Below are positions 40,248 to 54,588 of a stretch of DNA of 64,000 nt, piece after piece (within the stretch, counting starts at the first letter, position 1; every line of letters begins with the position of its first letter). Where the stretch lies: contig NC_087437.1 of NCBI RefSeq assembly GCF_036321535.1, positions 18,664,001 through 18,728,000 of the forward strand, given 5' to 3'. Under the pieces are notes generated by a model that was not told the DNA's origin, did no database searches, and saw nothing but the letters and a program-made list of their open reading frames with translations. This stretch comes from Camelus dromedarius. Its lineage: Eukaryota. The position numbers and the translations under genes were made by a program.

Positions 40248-40589
40248 TCATGTGTATGTTATCTATAAAATGAAACATTAAGAGTACTTTTTTTTTTTAA
40301 GTTTTATTACTATTGATACTCTTGCCATTATTGTATCAGTCATATGGAAAAATACGAGTTCTACCTTCTGTTAGAGAGTAACTATCTTGGCCAACGGTGA
40401 GTAATTCACTAGAACTCCAATATCCCAGCTAAATGTATAATTTGTTATCAAATCATTCTGGTGAAATATTAACTTGTCATGCAGGTGGACAGAAGCACAT
40501 CAGATAAAAGTTTTTCATGTTCACCCTAAATTTGGAAGTAGGGAACCACTCTTTATGGAGCACCTAGTAGGTGGCACACAGCAGGCTAA

Positions 40590-41392
40590 GCACTTTACAC
40601 ATTCTCTTAGTTAACAGCAACTCTATCCTCCCAGTTGTTCAAGCCCACAACCTTAAGGTAATCTTTGACTCTTCCTCTCAAGCCCAATATTTATCTATCT
40701 TGAGAATGTACACAGTCTAAGTACTTCCCTGCCTCCACTCTTCCTTCTGCTACCACCCTAATCCAAGTTACCATCAACCTTACTCAATTATTAATGTTTC
40801 CTAATTAGTTTCCCTGCTTCCACATCACAGTAACAATTCATTTTAAATACACCTGTACTACATCACTCTCTGATCAAAATTTCTGCGATGGCTTTCCACC
40901 TTAGAGTGAAAGCCAACAGGCTTGTCATATATCTAGCCCACTTCACCTCTCCTAGTATCTTCCCCTTGCTCACTTTGTTCTCACTACACTGGCTCCCTTG
41001 CTAGTCCTCAAACATATCAGGCACAATTCTCCCTCATTTCTTTATCTCTGTTATTTTCTCTACCTGGAACACTCTTCCCTAAGACATCTACATGGCTTAC
41101 TCCCTTACCTCTTTGAAATGTCACTGTCTAAATGAGGAATTCCTAGGTCATCCTTTTTAAAATAGCAACACTGTGACACCCTACCTGCCATCTCTTTCCT
41201 CTTTATTTTCCTCTGTAGCCCTCAACACTGTCTAACATCCTATACATTTTATTTATGTGTTTCTTTACATCTATCTCCACCATTAGGATTAAGTTCCATC
41301 AGGCAGGGATATTTTGTTCACTGGTGTCTACTCAGTACTTGAGAATATGCTGGCACAAAGCAGGCATTCAATAAATATTTTCGAATGAGTTA
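40590..41392 (+). mobile_element. LINE-2 3' fragment
   Basis: Pyrimidine-rich L2 body ending TGGCACAAAGCAGGCATTCAATAAATATTTTCGAATGAGT. Confidence 0.7.
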
Positions 41393-44300
41393 AACAAATT
41401 TAATAACAAAATTCCTCTAAGTTCCCCATTTTACAAATAAGAAATAAAAGTAATTTGCAAAAAAAATCATACATTTAACTAAGTGAATGATCCAAGACTT
41501 AAAACTAGATCTGAGTGGCTCTAAAACTATCTTTTTAACCTAATGCCATCTGTAGAATCACTGACTATATAAGAGGTCTCTCAGGCTCCTGCTTGTGCAA
41601 AATAATTTTTGCTATATTGATAGTAAGTATTTTGCTTTGACTTGCATCTGTATGCTCTCTAGTGAAAATAAAAATGTTCTCAGATTTTCTTTAGCCATCT
41701 TAAGAAGAATTTCTTTCATGAATTAGCTAATAACATCCTTTGCCTTTTTATCAAAGTTTTAAACATTTTCCTTAGAGATTTATATGAGTTCTTTATATAC
41801 TAATATTATCCTTTTCTCATTTTGGTTGTAAACATTTTCTTCAGTTTTCTAAAAACTGTATTGTCATTACAGCAACTCCAAAATGGAATGAGATACCTTA
41901 CAAAGTTCAAATAAAGGTCAAGTGACCATAGAAAATACAATGAATGGAATTCACGGATTCAATACATATATGAGTGCACCTATGTGCCAAGCATTGTGTT
42001 AGCTGCTGGTGATACAGAAATGAGCAAAAAAGCAGTCCCTGCTCTCACTGACTGGACAAAGTACAAATGCACAACGTGCAGGTGATCGTCTATGAATGAG
42101 GAAGAAGTGCCACTAGAACATGTCAAGAGTCAAGAAAGAACTCTGTGAGGAGGAGGGACACCAGGAATGGAGGAAAGGGCAAGGGGGACACAAAAGCCAG
42201 GTAAGGAGAAGAGAGAGTCAGTGTCGCAAAGACCATGCAGAACCCTACAGGCCACGGAAGGACTTTAGAAAGAGAAACAAAAAGTGAGAGAGGGAGAGAG
42301 AGAGAGAGAGTGTCGGTGTGTTCAGGATTGTATGAGTGTGTTGGTGTGTATAACAATCAGTTGAAAGAGAAAAGTTTCATTAAATAGTTCCTAAATTCCT
42401 CCCAACCAACAATTCAATTCTTTTATGCCTGTTTAAGCACTTTCCTAGTTCTAGCAAAATACAGTTGGAAGCAAAATTGTCAAACTACATGCTGACAGCT
42501 GGATATACCAACAAACTGCTTTACATCTGCATTATTAATTCATTTCTCTTTTTTAAAGTTTACCCTTCAATAGGAAAGGTAGTTATGGAGCATGAAAGTT
42601 TCTACCAGAACCCCTATTCTTATCATGACATAACACATGTGAAGTGAACAGTGTCCGGTTAAAGTGCACTTTGGCTCACTTTCCTACATCTCCTCTCACC
42701 CAACTTGCGGCCAAACCAGGCAAAAGTCCAACAACTTCCTCTTCAAAAGCAGACGATGAAAGCATTCAGTGTCTTGAGGACAGAATACTGACAATGGGAA
42801 GGAAAAAACATCCTAGTCATAGAGACAGTTTGACAGAAGTCAAGTTGGGGACAAACTCTTGGAGCCCTGACCACCTTATATGGGCCCCCTTTGCACTCTT
42901 ATTCTTTATAAAGGCCATGACAACGCTTAGTAATCCTTTATCCTCCTTCCTCAGACTCTCTGATCCAAGGAGCAATTTGTTACCTTTCCATTAAAGCAAG
43001 AATTGTAAAACGAAATTATTAAGTGAAATGCTTCACAGTCCCACTCTGTTGGCAACCCTGTAAGTTTTCTCTGGCTTTGACTCTGACACATCGACCCAAG
43101 TCTGAGTGGTACCTTAGCCCCTTACCTAAAAAGGAGGAAAGTATAACTCCTTTACCTAACTAAGGCTTGCATTGCTTCCATCTTCTTCCTTCATCCTTCT
43201 ACTAGCACCAGTGTTGTTAAAGAACAGCTGTGTAGCTCTCTTAAAAGGGATGTAAATCCCATCAGTGCAACTCAGATATAGTCACAATGAAGACAACTCT
43301 CCAAAAGTCAATGTCACCTGTATTTATGGGGGGTGGGAGTGAGGGGACTGTCAAATCAAGGCTAGATAGATTCACATGTAGACAACTTATGAGACTTGAG
43401 AGAAAGGGCTGATGCACATTTGATGATCAAAAGTCAGAGCTTATAAATGTTCTAATTTGGCATGGAAGATATCAAAAGAGCATTGTGAGACACATCAGAG
43501 AAAAATGAAAATAAGAAACACACACTTTCATTCATGCTAACATGGCACTTTTGCAGGTGCTAAAATATTCTAATTAAAATAGTACGTATAGAAGGTACCT
43601 GAAGATTTGAGATTGAACTTAAAAAAGAGTGTGTGCTACGTGACCCAGGTTAACCTGAACAGCTGGCTGGAAGAAAAACAAACATAATAGGAACACTGGG
43701 GCACGTATATTTATAGAAACAGTAAAAAATGTTTGGTGAAAAAAAGACACTGGTTTGAAAATGAACTCAAAAGAATTAAAGTCCTGCGTATTTTTTTAAA
43801 CATGGGGTCAGAGTATAAAACATCAGCAAAGCTCTCACTGGACAGACAAGTTCCTTTTTCTTGTTAGACACACACTGCTTCCCCTCAGACAGACACCAGG
43901 TTTATTTCTAGCACTCCCACATGTGGCTGCCTCCTTTTGCCTGAGGTCACAATGAACTTCATTTGATGCTAAATGTGCTTTACATTTAAATTGAATGGGT
44001 AAAATTAAAAACTAAGAGAAGACAACTTGGTTGGGGTTTTCAATTAGACTGACAGAACTAGGGACAAAGTCTTTAGCTCAGCCTTTCATAATTAACACGA
44101 CTCATCATATGGCCAGAATCTGCTCTTAGCAAAGGAGCCCATGGTGTAGCTTATGTGTTAACCTTGGAAAGAACCAATCATCTATGAGCCTAAGCTTGAA
44201 AAGCTTCCCCCATTTTTTTGTGGACAAATGAAGGAAAATTTTCATTGGGGTTTACTGTGTAAGAAGGGTCAATAAACTTTTGCTGAAATGAACCAAATAG

Positions 44301-45199
44301 TAAATATTTTAGGCGATGTAGACTATTAGGTCACTAACTCAATTCCGCAGTTAGAGCATAAAAGCGCCATTAAAACCCTCCAAAAAGGCAAGCCAGTCCC
44401 CTCTGGGTTGATGTTCCTCAGGCAGAGTTTCTCACAATCACCATTCCCTCTTATCTACAGTATTTCTTAGGAGTAAGTAACTGACCAAAAAAATGGCTAC
44501 CTATTCAAAACTATTAATTCTATTTTCACACAGCTATATTAGAAATTCCTGCTAACTGAAAAGTGAAACTCTTTTGTCATTTATGGTATTCAAAGGTTCT
44601 TTTCAGATGAAATACAGTCTCACTTCCTTATTCCAATCATACCTACAAGTCTCATGAAAGGAACAATACCTATAGCAAACTGTGATTTCTACCTCAACAG
44701 TACCGGGAAAGTTAACCCTGGAAGGATCTAAGACTAGAAAACTACTGCTTTAAAGGAGGAAAAAAAAATCAATGGACAATTACATATTTGGGGCACCAGG
44801 CGACTTTGATAAACAAAGGGTAACAGATTATGTCTTTCCACAATTGCTTTCTCATTTAGACTGGTAAAACAACAGATAAAGCCTGATGTGAAGTTTAGAG
44901 TTTGACAGATCCCAATGTAAATCTAGCTCCACTACTTATCATTTTTGTAACCTCTGACAAATTGTTTAAAATCTCTTAAGTTTTAATTTTCTCATCTACT
45001 AAAAAGGAATAACACAACCTCATAGAGTTGTAAAGATTACATATTACATATGTGAAGAACACAATACAATGTCTGGTACAGTCAATAAATAGCAACTGTT
45101 TCTAAGTTTTTAATAAATCAAACTTAAAAGTAATCAAGAAATACTTATAATCTTGCAGGGATATAAAGTCAATCACAAGCATAACTATTTCTAGCAACC

Positions 45200-48100
45200 T
45201 TGTGGACAAAGTTACTGTAGATAGTAAAATACACGAAAATAACAAATAAAGCCAAAAAGATTTTTTAAATAGTTACAGTTAATAAAGAAAGAAAAGGAGG
45301 TTTCCATACCCCATAAAAATATAGATTATCCATAGTAGTAGCTCAGGAAGTTACTAACTTGGTTGACATTTTAATGCCCATGAGAAAAGAGACATGGTCT
45401 TGAGCCCAGGAGAGGCAGGATCTGGACCTGAGATCCTGCAGTAAGCTGGGGCTCTAAAAGGATGTCAAATGTATGAAGGGAACTAGAGAAGGTCTGCTCA
45501 CTGAGAAGAGGTTGTGCCATCAAAGTCTGCCATCTACCCTGGGGCTTGGGTGAGCTATTTTAAAAAAAGAGTTTCATGCAAGTGTAAAAATTCAAGCCTT
45601 CCCACATTCTTGTGAAATTCAAATATAATATAAATACCTAGGAAGTATGAGAGCCTGAAGGCAAAGAGTTAACATAAAAACTGGGTGATCATGAGTAAAG
45701 ACCTTGGGTAATAACACAAACTAAACATAAATTCATTTTGGAAGGGGGGCAACTTTCACATCTTAATGAATTCAAAACCAAATATTATTAACTACACAAG
45801 GAAATGAACAAGATTAAGCTGATAAATGAAAAGGTGACACCCTAAGAGAGAAAACAGAACAATAAGAAAGAGATACTAAAATAATGAAGACATGAAAAGG
45901 AACAGAAAACATATGGAAAGAAAAGTATAGTATTAAAAAGAGACCAGGTATACAAAAACAAAATCAAATACAACTCCTACATAAAAGCAGTCATTGAAAC
46001 GAACACACTACGTTGAAACACAAGAGATTACACAATACTGAAGAGATAATTCATGAAATGGGAGACAGAATAAAAGAAACTACAAAGAATGTCACATAAA
46101 AATAAAAGAGGAGGGAAAGAGGAAAGAGATTAAGAGACATGCAGGACAGAATAGGGAAGACTGTTACACAAAAGGTGCAGAAGACTATGAGAGTGGGAGA
46201 ACTTCAGTGCTGAAGAAAATGAATACATTTTGTAGAAAATAAAAGAAGATGTGATTTTCTTTCTTTTTTAATTTGCGTGTGTCAGGGCCTGGGTTTCACC
46301 TTCCCACACCGAGGAGTGGGTGGTGAGCTAAGGCCCCTGGAGGCTCTGAGTATCAAATCTCACCCTCGGCCAAGTCCAAAGCTGCAGATGATTTTCAGCT
46401 AACACCACTCTCCCAATCATACTCACAGCGATGCAACGAGCAAGGAGCACGGAGCATCTGATGGGCGGACCTCCCTGCAACCTGAGAGAAGATGTGATCT
46501 TCTTTGATTGAAAAGATACAGTGAGAATGGGGAAGTAAAAATAAATAAAAAGAAATCCATAACAGACAAATTACAGTAAAACTGCAGAAACCAAAGGAAA
46601 AGAGAAATTTTTTCCTGCAATGATGTTAAAAAAAAGGGTGGGGGGGAAACCTTATTTAGACTGACAGCAAAGTTTAAAAATAAGAACACTCTACACTGAA
46701 ATTTGACACAACATTGTAAAATGATTATAAATCAATAAAAAATGTTAAAAAAAAAAAAAAGAACAAAGTTCAGATTACCATGGAATAACATCTTCAAGGT
46801 TACTAAGGAAAGCAGCTGTCAGTTTAGACTGTAAAATTCTACAACCAGGTGATGTCAGCAAAAATAGAGAGTTAAATAAGGACCTCTGAAAATCCACTCT
46901 TCCATTAAAAACAACAAAAACACTGGCAAAAAATTGTTAGAATCAACCATTTTAGTAAAAAGGGTTTATTGAAGAAAACAGCTAAATCTCACTTTTATTT
47001 TACCATGACCTCCTCCAATCTCCCTCACTTTCCAGTTCTGCAGTAGACTTGGCAACCAATGGCCTACAATCACTGTGAGTACAGCAATCTGTTAGTCACC
47101 AGAGGGGGCAAAAATGGGACTGGAGCTCCTCCAAAGCCTCTTTTCTACAGAACTGTCATTCTTTGAATTCTTGTAGTTTCCAGGAAGATCCCACTCACAA
47201 TTCTGTGTTACTTTGACCTGATTCAGACCTCACTTACTGTGAATTGCTTTTTAGCTGAGGATGTTTCTCAAAAATAATCTGAATCAATTGTTTAACACTG
47301 AAGTTGTCTAAGGCATAAATAATAGCTGCAGTGAACAGTAAGTTAACCAAAAAACTTAAAGGAAAAACTGGAATGAGATGTTCACAGGGAACAATGAAAG
47401 ACTACCACATATCCAAAGGAATCTAGAAGGCCATATACTACAAGGCTACAGTAATCAGGACAGCATGGTACTGGCACAAAAACAGACAGGTAAGATCAAT
47501 GGACCTGACTAAAGTGCCCAGAAATAAACCCATACACTGGTCAATTAGTCTACAACAAAGCAGGCAAGAATATATAATAGAGAAAAGACAGTCTTTTCAA
47601 TAAGTAGTGCTGGGAAAACGGGACAGCTATATATTAAAGGATGAAATTATGACATTTCCTCATATCATATATGAAAATAAACTCAAAATGGATTAAAGAT
47701 CTAAATTGAAGACCTGAAACCATAAAAGTCCTACAAGAGAAAATCAGCAGACATTTTTCAATTTCAAAACTTACTACAAGGTAATTAAGATTGTGCATAA
47801 AGACAGACATGTATGTACGTCAATTAAATAGAATTTAGAGTCCAGAAAAAACCCCCTCAAGTTTACAGTCAATTCATGTTTGACACAAGTGCCAAGATAA
47901 TTCAATGAAGAAAGAAGCCTTTTCAACAATGCTGCTCAGACAACTGGATATCCAGTCCAAAGAATAAAACTGGACACCTAATACATATCATACAAAAATA
48001 TTAACTAAAAAAAATCACTGTGCTATACACCTGAAACTAACATAATACTATAAATAAACTATACTTCAACTTAAAAATCTTAAATAAATAAATAACATAT

Positions 48101-50450
48101 TAACTAAAAATGGGTTGATGACCTCCACAATAAGGGCTAAACTAAAACTCTCAGAAGAAAACACAGATCTTTTCTTCATGACATTGGATTAAGCAATGGT
48201 TTCTTAGACCTGACACCAAAAACACAAGCAACCAAAGGAAAAATAGATAAACTGGACTTCATCAAAGTAAAAAAACACTTGCGCATCAAAGGACACTATC
48301 AAGAAAGTGGACAACCCACAGAATGGGAGAAAATATTTGCCAATAATATATTTAATAAGAGTCTAGTATCCAAAATATATAAAGAACTCACAACTCAAAA
48401 GGCAATCCAATTCAAAAATGAGCAAAGGACTTGAATAGATATTCTCCAAAGAAGATATACAAATAACTAACAAGCACATGAAAAGCTAGTCAACATTATT
48501 AGTTATTAGGAAAATGCAAATTAAAATCACAATGAGAAAATTAACAAAAGTGTTAAGCAGAAATTGACAAATGCCAATTATAATGGGAGGGTTCAATATA
48601 CTTCTGAAGTGACAAATACATAAAACTTCAATGAGAATACAGATCTGGGCACAGTGAACCAATCTGATGTAACAGACCAGTTTATAACCCTTTCAGCTAA
48701 TAATTAACTATAGCATCTGGAATCTTTTCAATCACAAATAGGATATTTAGGAAAAAATTGGACATATTCTAGTAAGGCACAATGAATCTTAAGAAATATG
48801 ACACTGATCTTGTACAGACCACATAATCTGACAATAATACAATAAAATTAAACATCATAGAGACAACAACAAAGGGTCTAATGCATTTTTAAGTCAAAAT
48901 AATTTAACCTAGTTCGGGAGTTGAAGAAATAAAAACCGAAATTAATGAAATATTTAGAATTGAATTCTATATAGTGTGATGTATTATGAAAGTGCATAAA
49001 TAAGTACATTTTAAAACTTATGGGATGCAGCTAAGGCAGTAGCTAGAAGAAATTTATGGTTTTAATTTGTATATATGAAAAAATGGAAATTAATGTTCTA
49101 AGTGTTTGTCTCAAAAAATCAGAACAGAATAAAAGAAGGAAACAAAGAGATAATAAATAACAAAATAAGAAACAAAAAGCTAAACAATATTAGAAGCCCA
49201 TTCTTTTAAAATACTAAGAAGCAAACCTCTAAAGACTAGTAAGGAAAAGACTAACAAAAAAGACATAAGGAAAAAATATTGCATATAAAATAATTTCACA
49301 AATGCAAAAGAAGAAAAAAAATTAAACATAGAGGTTTTAAAATTACCAGAGGTTGTTTTTAAAAATGTATGGTAATAAATTTGAAAACACTGATAAACTG
49401 GACAATTCTTAGTCTCAAAAATGACTCAAGAAAAAAAACTCAAGAGGGAAAACAATCTGAAGAGTCCAATAATCATTAAGGAAAATCAGCAGTCAAAAAA
49501 ACATAGACTCCAAAAAATCAGCATTAGGACCAAATTTTTGCAGAGGCAGATGAGAATAAAGCATGTCAAGTTTAAAATTTGCAAAATAAAATATAATACC
49601 TTTAAAATAACTGTACAGGGAAGGATTTTTTAAAAACAATGTAAAAAAACATAAACCTTAAAGAAACCTAGGTAATCTATAGCATAGAGAAAACACAATA
49701 CATATAAATACTGAAAAAATACTCAACCAAAGAAATGCAAATTAAAATTCAATGAGACGCCATGCTATATTTATTAGATTTGCAAAAAATTAACAAGTCT
49801 GATTGGCAAGGAGATACTTTTGAGTGGAAACATAACACTGGTACAACTATTTTGGAAGCTAGTTGAGCAACTGTGGTAAGGTTGAAAATATGCATACTTA
49901 TGACCCAGCAATCCCACTTCTAACTATAAAAGGAACTCTTCCAAATGTGAATAAAGAGATATTCATAAGTGTGCAGACTCAAGGGGTTAGGTTTTTCTTT
50001 TTAGTTTTTTTGGGGAAAAAATGAACACAAATAGCTACTAATAGGAGAACGAATAAATTTTTATATTTATTCAAAGCATTAATAGAGAAGTGAAAATAAC
50101 AAATTAGAACTTCAAATATTAATGTTGATAAATCTCAAAAAAATGTAATAAGTAAACTGCAAAAAGTTACATGTGATATGACAGTATCTATTTACAGTTC
50201 AAAACATAAAACGGATATATAACATACAGTTTAAGCACAAAAAATATATATTACAGCTTTAGAATGGTGGCAAATTCTGAGATGTAAGAAAGAAGAAGAT
50301 AAAAATGCATTAATATTATCTGCATGTTTAATTCCTTTTTTTTAAAGGAAATATGAAAGCATGTTAACATCTGTCTTTTAACTGCTAAATACGTATTTAT
50401 CAAAGCTTCTGTATTTCATGTTTGAAACATTCCACAATTACAAAAATAAA
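45200..50450 (+). mobile_element. Mosaic of old and younger L1 fragments
   Basis: A-rich; L1 ORF2-like TACTACAAGGCTACAGTAAT..GGTACTGGCACAAAAACAGAC (47435 onward) with a second copy of the same ORF2 region from ~47770; several nested inserts. Boundaries approximate. Confidence 0.75.
46263..46486 (-). pseudogene. Retroposed insert of unknown source
   Basis: GC-richer ~225 bp inside A-rich L1, A-rich tail on -, ~19-bp TSD AGAAGATGTGAT(T/C)TTCTTT. Confidence 0.7.
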
Positions 50451-51847
50451 ACATAAAGAATCAGGTAAAAGATGAAGTGAATCATCAATACCTACCATAA
50501 AAAATTTTTTTGAACTGTATGGACCTGTTTTATATCATGAAACATGCTTAATGTTTTTTTTTTCTCCTTGATTAAAAAGGAGTACATGCCCACTGCAGAA
50601 AACTAGAGAAACAGGTATACAAAGTGGTGGGGAAGGGAATGAAAACCACCTTTAATCCTGACACCCAAAAGTAATGCCTATTACCACTGTAGGTTCTGTC
50701 AACATTTTAGTGGGTCATTTTTCAGTGAATTTTTAACATGATCAAAATAATTCTGTAAAAATACCTTCTTGCATCTCACTTATTTCATTTGCTATTTGAA
50801 GATAAGTACTTTTCTCCAAATTGTTACCAATTCCCTATAAATAGTATTTTTAAATATCTGAGATATTTAGTCATATGGAAAAGCTAATTTTTTAAACCAC
50901 TATTCTACTATTGTGATATAAAATAAACTAATAACATAAACCTTTCTGTATCAAGTTTATTATTAATTTACAATGGTATATGACAATGTTTGTGCTTCTG
51001 TTATGTCAACAGTGTCCTAGACTAAATTTCATTTAATGAAATCTTTGCAAGTAAATCCATGGTTCTAACTGTTCCTGTGATTCGTACTTCTACACTGGAA
51101 CTGATGGTGTTCACGTAATTATTAGTTTTTTTATGCTATATGTTGTATGAATAGCTTTTGCACATTTCTTCCCCATGTATTTATTTCTATGAGCTCTTTA
51201 AATATTTAGAATTATCATCCCCCTGTCCTGTTCATTATGAATATAATGCCCAGTGTGAGGTTTGACTTTTAATTTGGTTGGCTGACAATCAAATCTTGTA
51301 TTGGTATATAGTTAAACATACCAACATTTTGTTTGCAATTATATTCATCTGCTCTTTACCTTAAAAGATTTGATAATAATTAACTTTTAAAATCCATTAT
51401 GTTTCTTTTTGTTGTTGCCATAAACCTGTTCTGCTCACTGTCTACCCCAAATAATAGTGGCAAGCGAAAAGCCCCGAGAGTCACCTAAACACTTTCCTTT
51501 TGGGAAGGTAGAGGAATCAGTTACCAGGCTAAGTAAAAACAGGGGCAGGCCCTTCTCTGGCTTATCACTCCCATGACCACCACCAGTGCATCATCCCTGA
51601 GACCACCTTCACAACCACTGGTTGGAATGTCTCTTGCTGTCACATGCATAATTTCACACCTGATGAGGTTTCAATGAGGTAATATATTTAAGAACACACT
51701 GTAAACTATAAAATACTATATAAATATTATGATAAACAACAATCAATTAAAATAGTAGGAAGAAAGGAATCAACAAGAAGTTTTTTAAATTTTGCTGTGG
51801 AAGAACAAAACGAAACAAAAATAAGTTCACTAGAAATCTCACCGAAG

Positions 51848-52002
51848 TGGGGAAGAGAGTAGCTCAGTGGTAGAGTGCATGCCCCGCGTGCACAAGGTCC
51901 TGGGTTCAGTCCCCAGTACCTCCATTAAAGATAAATAAACAAATAAAAACCTAATTACCCCCCCAAAAGAGGTTTTTAAACTTTAAAAAAAAAAAAAAAA
52001 AG
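51848..52002 (+). mobile_element. tRNA-derived SINE (vic-1-like) at a PIK3CB exon-intron junction
   Basis: Full SINE with A17 tail; perfect 15-bp TSD GAAATCTCACCGAAG at 51833-51847 and 52003-52017. Confidence 0.92.
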
Positions 52003-52011
52003 GAAATCTCA

Positions 52012-52266
<255 letters not shown>

Positions 52267-53202
52267 TTAGCATGTCCCTGTAACTATATCAGAAATTAAA
52301 AATATTTTTAGCACTTTACCTTGTGCAAGCTACTATACTAATTGTATGTATGTTGTAACAGTAATGCTGTATTACAGCATTCATACAATTCACATGGCTA
52401 ATTTTTTCCCTTCTTACTTGTTTTTTAGGGATGCACAAGAAGTTCTTAAGAATCACATAAGTAACTGCATGTTGGATTCATAAAACTGTAATAGTTGATT
52501 TTATTTATTATCAGGTACAAGGTAATTTTCAGGTATCAGGCTGTGAAAGTACTGACTGCTACATAATGACATTCATGTGGTCAAGTGGAGTTAAATGTCT
52601 AGCAAAATACAAGTGCTTTTTAAAACAGTTGTAAGCACATTTACTTATGTTATCTCACTTAATTCCTTTTAACAAACCCAACACACAGAGACACTATAAT
52701 CCTCATGGGTCCGAAGAACCAAAAGCTCAATGAATTTTACGTGACTTGTAATCACAAAACTTGTTAGTGGCAGCAATGATAACTGCCTTTTGGTGGGTGT
52801 GATTACTTCAGGGGCATTTCCTTTATAAAGTATGAGTAAGATATTTTAATTAAAATACAAACCTATGGCAGCAATATCAAAGTTCCTATCACTGAAACAG
52901 GGTGTATGAATATATTATTGAAAATATTCTCTTGTATTTCACAAACTTTTTATGAAAGGAGTAGAAAGCTTTGTACTTCGTAGGAAAAAAGAAAGGTTCA
53001 TTAGAGCAATGTATATAAGTAAACCGTAGAAATCATTTTCCAAGATGGAAAAAAAAATATTTAAGACATGCCAAATTCAATTTCTGACCATGTATAGCTA
53101 CCTTTTGGTTGCCACCTCTTTGTTACACATGTACACATCAGCTTTCAGATTAAGAAACAAATGAAAAATACTATGGAATTTGGCACTGTTAAAACCTCAC
53201 TA

Positions 53203-53370
<168 letters not shown>

Positions 53371-54075
53371 CTATAATTTTGCCATGATATAACTAGGCTT
53401 GGGAAAACCCCTCACCTGTTCCATTCAGGCTGAGAGAAGTCAACACTAGAATATTTCCATTCGGTAGAAAAACAACCAAGATGATAGCCTTGGCTGGCAT
53501 GTAGTGATGCCAGATGAGCAGGACTGAAAACCCAGATTTGTCCTTCACACAACTACATTTAAAATTCCCCCTTTTCTTTCCTTATTCTTCCTTAATTTTA
53601 TGTTATTACACATAGACATTAAAAATCAGAATATAACATTGTACTGTGAGCTCATTCTTGATTTAAGGGGGATCAGTTTTGAATACCAATGTACTCCTGC
53701 TCTAATCTAAATCTTATTTTAAAATAGGAAACTTAATTAGTAAGTAATCTATGGTGGTTGCCAACATTTTGCTTACTTAGGATTTTCATCTCTTAGAAAC
53801 CAGTAATATAGAAAACCAAATTACATACAATTGAAAGGAAATTAACTTGCATTAACTTTCACTAACCCCACAAGTAAATTAAGCTAGAAGACATACATCC
53901 TATTAAACACAAGAATAACTTCTGAAGACTTTAAGATTTTTCCTTTTTTAATTATATTCCACTTTCTGGGGCTAACAGCTGGCCTACTGTTCCCCCAAGG
54001 CAGTCACTCAGAAATCCTTTCTGAATTGCTGTTTTTGTGGGAGATTCACTAAGTACAGTACAGATGGTCACTTAC

Positions 54076-54284
<209 letters not shown>

Positions 54285-54555
54285 TCATTTATGTTAAAAA
54301 TAACATCATGTGATGATATTAATCAACAAATATTTCCCCTCTACTCACCTCTCCCCTCCACACACAGGACAACCAACTAAAGTAAAAACAGTGCTTGCTT
54401 TATCACAATTGTATTACATACAACAAAGTATTTTTATCACCTGTTAAAGTCTCATCTTTCAAATGTTCTTTAACCCTTTTCTTAAATAAAATCTTGTAAA
54501 TTAGAGAAAAGAAAAGAGACATAGACTGTGGGTAAGAAGATTAAATATGAAACTT

Positions 54556-54588
54556 AGGGTTGGGCCTGGTTAGTACCTGGATGGGAGA
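54556..54588 (+). pseudogene. 5S rRNA fragment
   Basis: AGGGTTGGGCCTGGTTAGTACCTGGATGGGAGA vs recalled mammalian 5S AGGGTCGGGCCTGGTTAGTACTTGGATGGGAGA (31/33). Confidence 0.8.

Noticed and set aside
46270..46290. U6 snRNA-like TGACAC(AC)GCAAATT at the end of the retrocopy
   Set aside because: Only ~13 nt with an indel; the rest does not resemble U6.
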